From Cyanophora paradoxa CCMP329 (lineage: Eukaryota; Plantae; Glaucophyta), in contig QPMI01000454.1 in the NCBI GenBank assembly GCA_004431415.1, positions 21,558 to 85,557 on the forward strand: a DNA stretch of 64,000 nt, read 5' to 3'. Below the pieces are notes generated by a model. It was not told where the DNA came from. It saw nothing but the letters and a program-made list of their open reading frames with translations, and did no database searches. Position numbers and translations under genes: made by a program. Each line of letters starts with the position of its first letter. Position 1 is the first letter of the stretch. This document shows, piece by piece, positions 11,566 through 22,854 of this stretch.

Positions 11566-14500
11566 CTAGCCGGTGCTGCGGTCGGTGCGGCTGGAGCCGT
11601 CGGAGTGGTACTCGAGGGGGACGAGCTCGCGCTGCGGGGGCGGCGACTCGGAGGCGGCGTCGCGGCGGGCCGGCCCCGCGCCGGCGGCCGGCCCCGCGAG
11701 CTGCCGCACGATGCCGGCGAGGTCCGACGCCACCGCGAGGAACTCCTCCGCGCCGCCGCCCGCGCCTCGGCCTCCTCCGCGCCCCGCCCTCCGCCCCGCC
11801 GCCCCCGCCGCCGCCGCCCCGTCCTCCTCGCCGGAGCTGCCCCGGCCCCGCGAGGGCGGCCGCCCCGGCGCCGGCGGGGCGCGCGAGCCCGAGCCGGGGC
11901 GGCTCCCCGGCCGCCCCGCGTCCTGCGCCGTGTCCGTCCCACGTCCGTGCCCCGCCGCGCCTCCGCCCGCGCCTCCGCTGCCCGCACCTCAGCCGCCGCC
12001 CGGCGCCCGGGGCCGCGCGGGGGTGCGGGCGGGGGCACCGGCGGCGGCGGCGGAGAGGTCCTCGACGAGGCCCAGCAGGGAGGCCGCCTCCTCGCCCGTC
12101 AGCCCCGCCCCGGCCCCGTGCCCCATGCTGCCCAGTGCCCGCCCCTCAGAGCCCCGCGGGGCGGGCGGGGCGGGGCGGGGCGGGGCGGACCAGTAGTTGG
12201 CGAGGGCCTTGCAGACGGTGGCGGAGACGGCGTAGTCCTGCGCCCCGAAGCGCCCGAGGGCGTCGAGGAGGCGGTCGACGGCGGCGCAGTCGCGGAGCAG
12301 GGCGCGGTGGCGGGCGTCGGAGGCGAGGTTGAGAAGGACGCCGGCCGCCCAGTAGACGACGTCGCGCGCCCCGTGGTCCAGCAGCAGCGCCCCGATCTCC
12401 CCCACGCGCTCCTCCGCCAGGGCGGCGCGCGCGTCCTCGTGCCGCGAGAAGTTGCCGAACGCCCGCAGCGCCTCCACCACCGCCTCCTCGTTGAACGAGA
12501 GCAGCAGCGGCACCAGCACTGCCCCCCGCCCCTTGCGCTCGGCGGCGGGGCGGCGGAGCGGGACGGGCAGGGATGCAGAGGGGGCGCACGGCGGGCGAGG
12601 CGGCAGCGGGCGGCGGTGACGCGGTTGCCGGGGGCGTCGAGGTAGAAGGAGAGGTTGGTGACGGCGGAGACGGCGTTCAGGACGAGCTCCTCGCTCCCCG
12701 CGATCGTCTTCCGCTCGAGCAGGCGCGCCAGCTCCTCCACCTCCGGCCGCGCCGCCACCCGCGCCCCCGCCCCCGCCTCCATCGACAGGTTCGCCACCAG
12801 CCGGATGATCTGCGGCGGGCGCTCGGGCCCGCCCCGCGCCGGCCCCGCCCGCCCCCGCCCGGCCCGCGCACCTTGACGAGGGCCTCCTCGGTCTCCCGCA
12901 CTTGCGGCGGCTGCAGCGGCCGCTCCCCGGGCGGCTGCGACGACGAGGCCGCCGAGGCCGGCGCCGGCGCGGGGCCGGGGCGAGCGAGGCGTCCCGGGCG
13001 GCGTAGCGGGCGAGGAGCGGCAGGACGGCGTCCGGGGCGGCGAGGGGCCCGCCGAGCAGCAGCCGCTGCTCCTCGCTCGCCGTCGTCAGGTTCCCCAGCA
13101 CGAAGCAGACGCGCGTGACGAGCGCCGCGTTGTCGGCGTGCCGCCCCAGCAGCGCCAGCAGCCGCCGCGTCCCGTCCGGGTACCGCGCCACCGCCGCCCG
13201 GCACTCCTCGTACAGCGTCAGCTTGCTGCGCGGCGGCGGGGGCGGGTCAGCCTCTCCGGCGGGCGGGCGGCGGGCGGGCGGGCCTGAGGACGCGGGAGAC
13301 GTTGAGCATGGCGTCGGCGTGGCCCGGGAGGAGGCCGGCGAGGGCGAGCAGCGCGTCCACGACGCCCCCCGCGAGGAAGTGCCGCCGCTGCACGCCCCCG
13401 AGCGGCTGCGCCGCCAGGTTCCGCACCGTCGCCGTCACCTGCACCAGCAGCTGCGCCACACGCTCCCCGCCGCTCGCGCTCCCCGGCCGCCCCGCGCCCG
13501 CCCCTCCGGCGGCGGGCCCGCCCGCTGCCGCCGCCCCGCGGTGAGCGGCGCGGCGGGCCGGGCGGGGGAGGGGGAGGGCGCGGGGCCGCACGCTGAGGGC
13601 GGCGCAGCGGGTCGTGAGGACGAAGCCGAGGGCCGAGACGCCGCCCTTCTGCGGCGAGGCTCGCACGCACGGCGCGCCGCGGGGGCCGGGGTCGGCGAGG
13701 GGAGGGGAGGGGCGGCGGCGCCTGCAGGATGTGCTTCGCGTTGGCGTCGTCGTTGGAGGCGTTCTTCATGGCGCCGGCCGCGTACAGCATGATCTGCGGG
13801 GCCGCCGCTCGGGAGCCGGCGTGCGGGGCGGAGCGGGCGGGCGGGCGGGCCTCGTCGGAGTTGGAGGAGGAGTCGGGGGCGCCGCTGTAGCGGGGGTCGC
13901 GGGCGAGGGAGAGGAGCTCCTCGAGGAGGCCCTCCTCGCGGAAGAGCGCGTCGTTCCGGTCCTCCTTGCTCAGCTTGTAGAGCACCCGGCACGTGTTCAG
14001 CACGCTGCTCGAGCTCCTCGTCACCTGCCGCCCCGCCCGCCGCCCTCAGCGCCCGCCCCGCCCCGTCCCGGCGCGGCCGGGCGGGCGGCGGGGGGCGCGC
14101 CCTGAGGATGATGCGGCAGAGCTTGGCGAGGAGGCGCGGCTCCTTCTGGTCCATGAGCCTGTACACCACCTTTAGGATCGCGCCCCCCGTGTCCTCCCCC
14201 CTCCCTCCGTCCGCCGCATCGCCCACCGACTCCCGCCGCTGCCCGGGGCCCCGCTCCCGGATTTGATCGCCCAGCGGCTCGATGAGCGACCAGAGAGCCT
14301 CACACGCCTGCGCCCGCCCCTTAGCCGCGCGCGCCCCATCGCGCGCGTGCGATCAAGCGGACCTGGATGAGGGCGGCTGGCGGCTGCGACGGATCGAGGC
14401 CCGCAAGTGCAGACTGGATCGGGCCGACTGGCACCGAATCCTCCGCCTGCCCGGACGCGGATCGCGACAGCGAGGGCGGAGGCCGCGAGACAGACGAAGT

Positions 14501-15098
14501 GGATGCAGAGGGCTTGACGGGAGGCTGACGCGCGTCCTGGCCGGGAGTTTTTGGCGTCGGCGGTTTGCGCGGCGGAAGAGGCGGCGGCATCGGCCCAGGT
14601 CCAGGCTCTGGCGTTGTTCCCTGCCGCGGTCTCCGGGGAGGAACTTCGGGAGGCTGTACCGCCCGCTCCTGCTCTTGTGCAGCAGGTGTGGCGGGATGCG
14701 GACGAGATGCTTGACGCGGGGAATGAGCGCTGTGGTCCAACAGCCTAGGCGTTATTTGCGGCGTTGTCAAAGGTGAAGGAACTCCGCGGAACGATGAGCT
14801 GCGGTTGAGCGAGCCCTCCAAGAACATGGCGCTGGAGACGCTGCACTTGAAATGAGCGGCCGCGCGCTGGGGCCACAGATACGCTGCAGCGTACGCAGGC
14901 ATACCTCTGCACCGATGGCGGACGGATGCCATAGTCGCCTGTGGGGAACAGCCGTCGCGTCGACTCCGCTGGAGTAAAGGGCCGGCTTGGCTTCGCAAGC
15001 GAGGCGCGGGCTTCTTGCAGCACATTAGCTACGATCCCCGTTGGGATGGGATCGGCCTTTTGCCTCATCGGTGGGCCAGCGCCAGGACGCGACATCAT
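11566..15098 (-). CDS. ARMC2: Armadillo repeat-containing protein 2 homolog (ciliary), multi-exon
   Basis: N-terminal LQEARASLAKPSRPFTP motif, then ARM-repeat exons (LNTCRVLYKLSKEDRNDALF, LYAAGAMKNAS, LVQVTATVRNLA, RVCFVLGNLT, EELVLNAVSAVTNLSFY, EALRAFGNFSR, WAAGVLLNL); stop TAG at 11566-11568. Confidence 0.85.
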
Positions 15099-15172
15099 GC
15101 CGCTGTACCCCGCGAGGGAAAAAATTCGGCGCGCCAAGTACCGGGCCCGGACGAGCGCAGCGGCCGGGCGAA
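15099..15172. promoter_or_regulatory. Very short interval between divergent start codons of ARMC2 and the DHHC gene (probable bidirectional promoter)
   Basis: Inferred start codons at 15098(-) and 15173(+) are only ~75 bp apart. Confidence 0.45.
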
Positions 15173-16678
15173 ATGGCGACCCCACAGCGCGGCCCGATGG
15201 CGCCGAGCTTCCCGACTACGCCCAGCTCGTTCGCGGCGGACGGCAGCCCGATGCTGAAGGGCGGCGCTATCAGGTACAAGCTGCGACTTCCCGGGCCGCG
15301 CCGGGCGCTTACGCTTTCGCAGGCGGATGCTATATCAGGTCTGGCCGTCGAAGGTGCGACCGCAGCGTCGGTATCGAGTGTTGGCGCCTTCATGCTCACC
15401 CTGCATGCCACCCCGCAGAATAAGTTCTTCTGCGGCGGCCGGATTATGTCTGGGCCCGAGCTTCATGCACTCTGCTACACGTTCTTGTGGCTTACCATCC
15501 CGAGTGTCATCTACTTCGTCTTTCTGTGCGCCAAACCGACTCTGCGCTCGGCCATCGCGCGCCGACGCGTTGCTGCGCAGCTGCCCCCATCTTTACGCCC
15601 ACGTTTCCTCCTTCTTCTTCTGGGGCCCCTTCCTGCTCTACATCGCGACTATGATTCTCTTCTTCGGCACCGCCTGCTCCGACCCCGGCATCATCCCGCG
15701 CCAGTCGCTGCGCCAGTACTGCAGCCCGGTTATCGACCAGGAGACCGCTGCAGTGAATGGGACCCTCGGAAAGTACTGCAGTGCGTGCTGGCTCGAGTCG
15801 CCCGGACTCGAGAACCTGACCGCCGGTGCAGAGACCTGCAACATCTACCGCCCGCCGCGTTCCAAGCACTGCCGCGTTTGCGACAACTGCGTCCAGCGCT
15901 TCGACCATCACTATATCCTTTCCACCCGCCGGCATTCGCGCCCTCTTGATCGTTTGCTTCCCTCCTTGACCGAGCTGCTCACGCCGCTGGTGAGCCGCGC
16001 AGATTGGAGCCGACCGAAAAGGTTTAGAAACGCTTTGCGTTGCTGATGTTCCGAACAGGGTCGCGAACTGCGTCGGCCGGCGCAACTACCGCATCTTCCT
16101 GGTCTTCGTGGCGTCCGTGCTGGCGCTCTGCCTCACCGTGGCGACCTCGACCAGCATTTACGTGCTGCGGCTCGCCCGCGGCGACGTGCCTGTCGACTTC
16201 GTCAACCACAAGCCGACCCAGTTTGTGATCGGGTCCGCACCCGGATCCCTCCCGTCGCGCCTTCCGCCGTTCTGACCCGCGTCGCTCGAATAGCACGGCT
16301 CTGGTTCTCTTCACCTTCCTCAACCTGTGGTTCCCGTTCGGCGTGCTCGGCTTCCACGCCTTCCTCGTCTGGACGAACCAGACCACCAACGAGATGGTCC
16401 GCCGGCCGTACCGCTCAGCCATTGTATTGCCCTCCTTTTTCTATCCTCATTACTTCTTCTCTCGTTCAGCTCAAGGGCGAGTACCGCATCAAGCAGAACC
16501 CGTACTCCAAGGGGCACATCAACAACTGCATCTACCTCCTCTGCTCCACTGCACCCCCCAGGTCAGTGACCAGGATTTGCCTGTCTTCGCGCGCGAGAGA
16601 GGAGACCGAACCCGCCGCGCTCGCAGCGCAATATCCTGGAGGAAAGAGCTCCCCGCCTCGGAGCTGCCCATGGTTTGA
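15173..16678 (+). CDS. DHHC protein S-acyltransferase, Erf2/ZDHHC9-14-18-like, multi-exon
   Basis: Spliced: LYQVWPSKNKFFCGGRIMSGP, TM helices, [64 protein letters not shown]; stop TGA at 16676-16678. Confidence 0.92.
15913..15982 (+). other. U12-type (minor spliceosome) AT-AC intron, 70 nt
   Basis: 5' end ATATCCTTT, branch-site-like TCCTTGAC at 15963-15970, 3' end CAC. Its removal restores the DHHC Cys codon (T|GC). Confidence 0.9.
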
Positions 16679-17190
16679 GAAGTCTTCGCCACCTATACCG
16701 TGCCCAGTATGAACCCAACCGTTCTTCTTTAGACGTATTTCGTGCCTTCTGTATGCACCTCTGTAGCTATGGTGTTTCAAGTTTTATCAACCGAAGAGTG
16801 TAGCGTCCGTGTCTCTTTATCGCGCGCGAGGAAGCCCGTGTGCGCTAAACCTAACATTCAATGATTTTCATCGGCCGGGCCGGGCTGGCAGCCTGGCGCG
16901 CGCGCGTGAAGGGACTTGAAGGGTTGAGGGGGGTACTCGTCATTCAGAAACTTCAGCAGCCTTCTTAGGCTGCCAGCATCGTTGCGGCTACAAGTCGGGA
17001 GCTGAGCCGACAAGCATTAGCTGACACAGGAGCGCTCGGCGGTCGAGTCGCACGGCAGTCGACTGCCTTGAACAAGCGGCGAATCGGGAGGCGATCAACT
17101 TGGTGCAGCGCGGTGCGCCAGCGCCTGGCGTTCAGCGCTTTCAATAACATGTCTGAAAGAAGCGCGCTTGCAGGGCTGTGCGCGCAGGAG

Positions 17191-17721
17191 ATGGCGCGCG
17201 ACGCAGGCTCATCGCTTTCGGAAGCCGTTGACCGCTTCGAGAGGCGCATGAACTTGGCCAATCCGTTCGCGGCAGCGGGCGACCGAGCCAAGGAGGCTAT
17301 TTCGCGCATGGGCGACCGAGCGGATCGAGCGATCGAGCGCGCCAAGGGCGCGGCCGAGAGCGTGACTGACGCTGTCGTCGGGCGTACGAAAGACGCTGCG
17401 GGAGCGGTAGAGGGCTACATCACGAACGCGGTCTCAAGCGTCACGTCGCGGGCCGAGAACGCTCTGGCATCGCTTGACGCCGCCATCCACGAGAGGACCA
17501 CAGCCGTTGCGAACCAGGTTTCGGACTATCTCACGGACCTTCTGACCGAGTATGTAGGCGCCGAGAGGGCCGCCAACAAGGTCAGTCTGCCGCTGAACAT
17601 TCGTGCGGGTTCCTGACGCCGCGCTCCGCCGCAGCTGTTCCAGGGGGCGGTGATCGGCGGCATAACGATCGGCGTGTCCATCATCATAGCAGCGGTCGTC
17701 GTGCGGAGGCGAAAGGGCTGA
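17191..17721 (+). CDS. Small amphipathic-helical protein with C-terminal transmembrane anchor (tail-anchored), unknown function
   Basis: Ala-rich helical repeats (AKGAAESVTDAVVGRTKDAAGAV); GT-AG intron from 17581; last exon LFQGAVIGGITIGVSIIIAAVVVRRRKG-stop. Start codon uncertain. Confidence 0.65.
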
Positions 17722-18291
17722 AGGCGCGGGGGGAGGCCCCGACAGCATTCCCCAAGTGGGACGTAGCGCGCTGTGATGCGCGCTAGGCCCGCGTCACGAG
17801 CTCCGGGAGGCGACCTGCGGCTCAGCGCCTCCGGTGTGGGCGTGATCGCGGGGGGCACTCCGCCCTGCCTCGCGACCGTCGAACCTGTTCCGTGATATCG
17901 ATCAGCGCCTGCCCTCTGTGACGGGCGAGGACCCCAGTAGCTCCCTCATACTTGATACGTATTCATTCCTGCAAAATTGAAATTGAACGCATCTTTTTCT
18001 CAAGCTCAAGAATCCGCTGGATGCTTCATCTCTCTTGCTCGTTTGCCACGTTAAGGGGGGCCGCTAGCGCTGGCTCGGCTCGGGGCCTCGCGCTCTGGGC
18101 CCCTAGTGAGCTCTAGGCTCTAGCTGGACCCCGGCGCGCGCCGACGTCATCAAAGCTTGAGCGCATACTAAAACTAGGGCTGCATTGAAACAGTGCCCGC
18201 ATGAAAGAGAAAAAAGCGCTAGCTAGCAGTCGAGGGGGCGGGGCCGGCGGGGCGGGGCGGCCGCGCCGCGCGCGGGCCCGGGGGGCGGCCC

Positions 18292-20618
18292 CTATCGCGT
18301 GAACTGCTCGACGTCGTTCTTGATCGCCTCGGCGGCGTCCTTCTTCTTCTCCTCCTCGATCTGCGCGGCGCGGCGGGGCGTGAGCGAGCGAGCTGGAGGC
18401 TTGGAAGCCTGTGGGGGCGGGGCGGGCGGGGGGCGCCTTCTTGCGGAAGAACTCCTCGGCGCGGGTGAGGCGCTCGAGGTGGAAGGCGCAGATGAGCTTC
18501 TGAGACATGCGCGCCCGCACCACCGCCTCCATCCGCGGCGTCAGCAGCCGCGAGTTGATCTGCGCCCCGCCCGCCCCGCCCCGCCCCGTCAGCCGCGGCG
18601 CCGGGGGCATGGGAGCGGGGGCGGGGGCGGGCGGGCCATGGCGTTGTCCTGCTCGGCGATGGTGGGGAGCTTGGAGAGGTAGTCGGCGATGGCCCTGCCG
18701 CCCCGCGCGGTGAGCGAGGGCGAGGGCGGGGCGAGGGCGGGGCGGGGCCATGGGGCAGGGCGGACCGCTGGAGGAAGCGGACGACGTCGATCTCGCGCGC
18801 GTACTTGTCCGCCCCCGCCAGCGGCTGCCCGCCCCGGCCCCGGCCCCGCCTCGGCGAGGGGCGCGCGGGGCGGGCGGAGGGGGCGCGCGGCGCGCGGGGC
18901 GCACGGGGGCGACGGAGTCGGGGTCGTAGGGGAAGACCTCCGGCGGCTTGTTGAAGCGCAGCATGATGCTCATGTGCCTTCGCGCGGGGCCGGCGTGAGC
19001 GGCGCCGCTGCGGGCCGCGGGCCGCGGGGCGGGGCGGGGGCGGGGCGGGGCCGGGGGCGCACAGGACGCCGCGCTCGACCTCGGTGCCCCAGCCCTTGTG
19101 CTGGACGGCGAGGAAGGCGCGGGCGTCGAGCTCGGAGGCGGCGCGGGCGAGGAAGGACTCGAAGCCGACGAAGTCGTCCTCGAGGTCCGGCACGTAGCCG
19201 AAGCGGTCCAGCGTCTCGATCCCGCTCGTCGTCTCCCCGTACGACACGAACACCTGCCGCCCCGCGCTGAGCAGGGCCGGGCGGGCCGGGCGGGCGGGGG
19301 GCCCGGGGCGGGGCGCGCCTCGTCGCCGGGCTCGATGTCGAGGCGGGCGCGGAGGCCGGCCCCCACGTGGAACGTGCACTCCTCGTTCCCGCACACCTGC
19401 GCGGCCCGAGCTGGAGCCGGCGGGCGGGCTGCGGCGGGGGGCGGGGAGACGGACGGCGTCGATCTTGGCGCCGCGGTTGGCGCTGTGGGAGAGGAGGTCC
19501 ATGACGGGGATGAGGCCCTCGCGGCGGCCCCGCGTCAGCACCACCGACGCCGCCCACTTGAACGCCTCCATCGTCGCGTTCGCCGCCGGGAAGAACTGCG
19601 GCTTGTCCTGCCCCCGCGCCCCCGCCCCTCAGCGCCCGCCCCGCGGCCCCTCCCGAGGCGCGCGCGCGCGCCTTGATGAGTCGGTCCGCCACGGTCACGA
19701 AGTACACGTCGTTCAGCTCCTCCAGGTTGCGCTTGATCCGCGCTGCCCCGGCCGGCGTCGGGCGGCGGCCCCGGCGGTGGGCAGGCGGGCGGGCGGCGCG
19801 GGGCTGCGCACCGAGGGTCGAGTTGTCCTGCAGCTGCACCAGCACCTCCTCGGGGTAGTACCACAGCGAGTGCGTCATGTCCTCCGGCAGCAGCTGCGCG
19901 CCCCGCGCGCCTCAGCGCAACGCGCGCGGGGGGGCGGGCGGCCCGAATGGGGACGTCCGCACCTCGATCCAGGGCGCGAAGGGCGAGGCGGGCCCCTGGA
20001 GCTTCTCCAAGAGGAGGCGCGCCGCGTGGCACCAGTGCTGCTTGCCCGCGCCGGGGTCGTCCTGCGCGAAGTAGTTCGCCAGCCAGTGGTTCTCGCAGGT
20101 CATGATCAGCCTCGCCGGGATGCCCAGCAGCGGCTCGCCCGCCTGCCCCCGTGTCAGCCGGTCGCGCAAATTGCCGCGCAAATGGCTCCGGATGACGCGC
20201 GCCCGCACCTGCACGGTGGCATTCGAATTCAGGAAGAGGCCCCGCACCCGGGCTCCCGCGAAGTCCCGCAGTTCGAGCGCGTCGTGTATGAAGCCGCCGC
20301 TCGCGTTGACCCACGCGCGAAGCTTGCTGATATCGACGACCGCTGGGGTTCGCGGGCGGGGGCCGTTAGCGATCTGGAACGCGAGCGCGCGGCCGCGCGC
20401 CGCGCACTCGATGGCAGCGGGCGGTTCCCGTAGTACTGGTAAGCGACTCCCGCCGCGATAGCTATGACAGCGATGAAGATGGCGATGCGGAAGAACGACC
20501 GCGGCTTTGCCGGCGCGTCCTCCTTCGGCCCCGCGGCGTCAGCTGTCGACGGCTCCTTTGCCTCCTCCTTCGTCGCCTCGGCCTCCTTCTTCTTGGGCTG
20601 CTTCGCGTCCTTCGCCAT
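18292..20618 (-). CDS. SET-domain protein (Rubisco LSMT/SETD3-like) with N-terminal transmembrane anchor, multi-exon
   Basis: Spliced: TM FFRIAIFIAVIAIAAGVAYQYY; LRAWVNASGG, RGLF, GEPLLGIPARLIMT, SPFAPWIELLP, FKWAASVVLTR, LIPVMDLLSHS, IEPGDEVFVSYG, LDRFGYV. Confidence 0.8.
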
Positions 20619-20742
20619 CGGCGAGTCCCGCCGGCGAACGCAGTCCGGCGAAATTTCGGTACTCCCGGTCTTCCTCTGGCTTTTGGTTTTGTGGTTGCCG
20701 CGCTCCACATTCGACGGCTTTGGCGCGGGAGAATCGCTCAAC

Positions 20743-22727
20743 ATGGTGACTTTCGACGCATCCTGGCCCCCGCGCCGTCCCGCGGCTCCGGGCGCATCTG
20801 ACTTTGCATACGCGCTCTTCGTCGCGCCGCAGGTCGCAATCATAGGGCGGTTGGAGGTAAAATGCTGTCGTGCAACACAGTTGAAGAAGAAGTCGACGCT
20901 AGGTGCGAAACCCACATCCGCACCTGCCCCTCGCGCGGCCCCCGACAGGCACGCCTGACTCCCGCGCCATTCCCGCTCTCCCCATCTATTCTGCAGTGAA
21001 AATGGTGCGCGAGGTCGCTCCGGCCGGTGGAGGGCCCGCCGTTCAGACGACTCTGATCGACCCCGCCCGCCGCGCAGGACCCATACGTGCAGCTGAAGTT
21101 CGGAACTGAGATACTTCGCGGGCCCACTCATCTAGCCGGTGGCCGCAAGCCGCAGTGGGAGGCGGACTTGGATGTTCCCATCCGAGAGGACACACACAGC
21201 TACATCCTCGACGTCGAGGTTTGGGACGAGAAGGCTGTCCTTGCGGATGCCTTGATCGGAAGGTACTCTCCCGTGCCGGCCGCCTGCGGTCCGGGGGGCT
21301 CTACGTGTCCGCTCACCGCGGAACGTCGCGGCGCAGCACGAAGGTGGACTTCTTCAAGCTGGTGCACGAGGGCGGCTCGTTAGAAGACTGGTTCGACTTG
21401 AAATCGCTGCACGGTAGCGCCGCCGGGCAGGTGTACCTGAAGATCCGCTACGTGCCGAAGGTTTCTCCCGTGCCGCGCCTCTCTGGCTGCATGGGCGCGT
21501 GGACCCGCTGACTCTATCTCTTCCGGCTTCTTTCTTTCTGCAGGACAAGCGGAAGCGCTTGCCGCAGCCAGAGAAGACGCTGTCGACCAATGGCGTCGCG
21601 TCGGGCAGCGGGAGCCGGAGCCGCGCCACGCCGCCGGCGCGCAACACGCGCGAAGCGGGCGACCACGAAGTGAGTGGCGTCGCGCATCCGACGTGCGCCG
21701 GGGCGCGCCGCTGACGCGCCGGCGTGCAGGACCTGGACGAGGAGCTCAAGCTCGCGCTGGAGGCCTCGAAGCTGACGTTCGAAGAGGAGCAGAAGAAGCG
21801 AGAGGACGGACCTGAGGAGGGTGCAGCGAAGGACGGCGCCAAGAAGGACGAGAAAGACAAGGGGAAGAAGGCGAGCCCGCCCCGGCGGCGCGGAGCTAGC
21901 CGGCGCGCCTGACCGCCCCGCGCGCAGAAGGCGACAAGCGCGATCGACGACCTGCTCTCCCTGGGCGACGAGACGCCCGTCGCGCCGCCGCAGTCAAACA
22001 TCTTCGCGGCTCCGGTGCGGCGCTCCCGCCCCCCCGCCGCACTCGCGGCCCTGAAGCCGCGCAGCCGTCAGCGATGGGGGCCCCCGGCATGGGCATGGCG
22101 CCGCCGCCGTCGGCTGCCGCCGCGAACCCGTTCGACGACTTTGCCGCGACGCCCGCAGCGCCGGTGCGCGTCCCGCGCCCCGCGCCCCCCGCCGCTCCCG
22201 CCGCGCCTCACGCGGACGCCGGCGCGCAGCCGCCGGTGGCGGCGGCGGGGAACCCGTTCGACAACCCGTTCTCGTCGGGGGGCCCGCCCCCCGGGGCCCC
22301 GAACCCGGGCCTCACGGTGCAGACGGCGCCGCAGACGATGTACGGGGCGCAGCTGCCGCCGGTCTCGCAGCTTGGGGCGCAGCCGCTGTACAACCCGCCG
22401 GCCTCGGGCCTCGTCGTCGGCGCCCCCGGCAGCGCCGCCTCCTCGCCCTCCGGCTGGCAGCAGCAGCCGGCGTACCCCACTATGTACCAGCAGCAGCAGC
22501 CGCCGGCCTCGGCCACGGCTGCCATGTACCCCTCCCAGCAGCAGCCGCCGGCCTCCGCGGCGGCCGGCATGTACCAGCAACAGCCGCAGCAGGCGATGTA
22601 CGCCTCCCAGCCGGGGGCGTACGCGGCCCAGTACGCCTCACAGCCGGGGGCGTATGCGGCCCAGCCCATGCAGCAGTGGGGCGCCCCCGCGCCCGCCCAG
22701 CAGCCGCAGCAGAACCTGCTGTTCTAG
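20743..22727 (+). CDS. C2-domain protein with UIM, NPF motifs and P/Q/Y-rich tail (endocytic adaptor-like)
   Basis: ATG followed directly by an intron; spliced GRLEVKCCRATQLKKKSTLVKMDPYVQLKFG...LDVEVWDE...DALIG (C2); DEELKLALEASK (UIM); NPFDDF and NPFDNPF; stop at 22725-22727. Confidence 0.8.
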
Positions 22728-22854
22728 TCATGTTACATACCGGAACCCCTATTGGCAGCCCCGCCGTGTAAAAATTGTATTGGGATACGTATTGCGGATG
22801 GAGAAAAGCGTGGGCGGGGCGGGGGGAAGGAGGGGGCGCGCGGGGCCCTCATGA

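Noticed and set aside
22730-22775. TGTAA polyadenylation signals on both strands between convergent genes
   Set aside because: Plausible, but I could not find the motif consistently after other stop codons.
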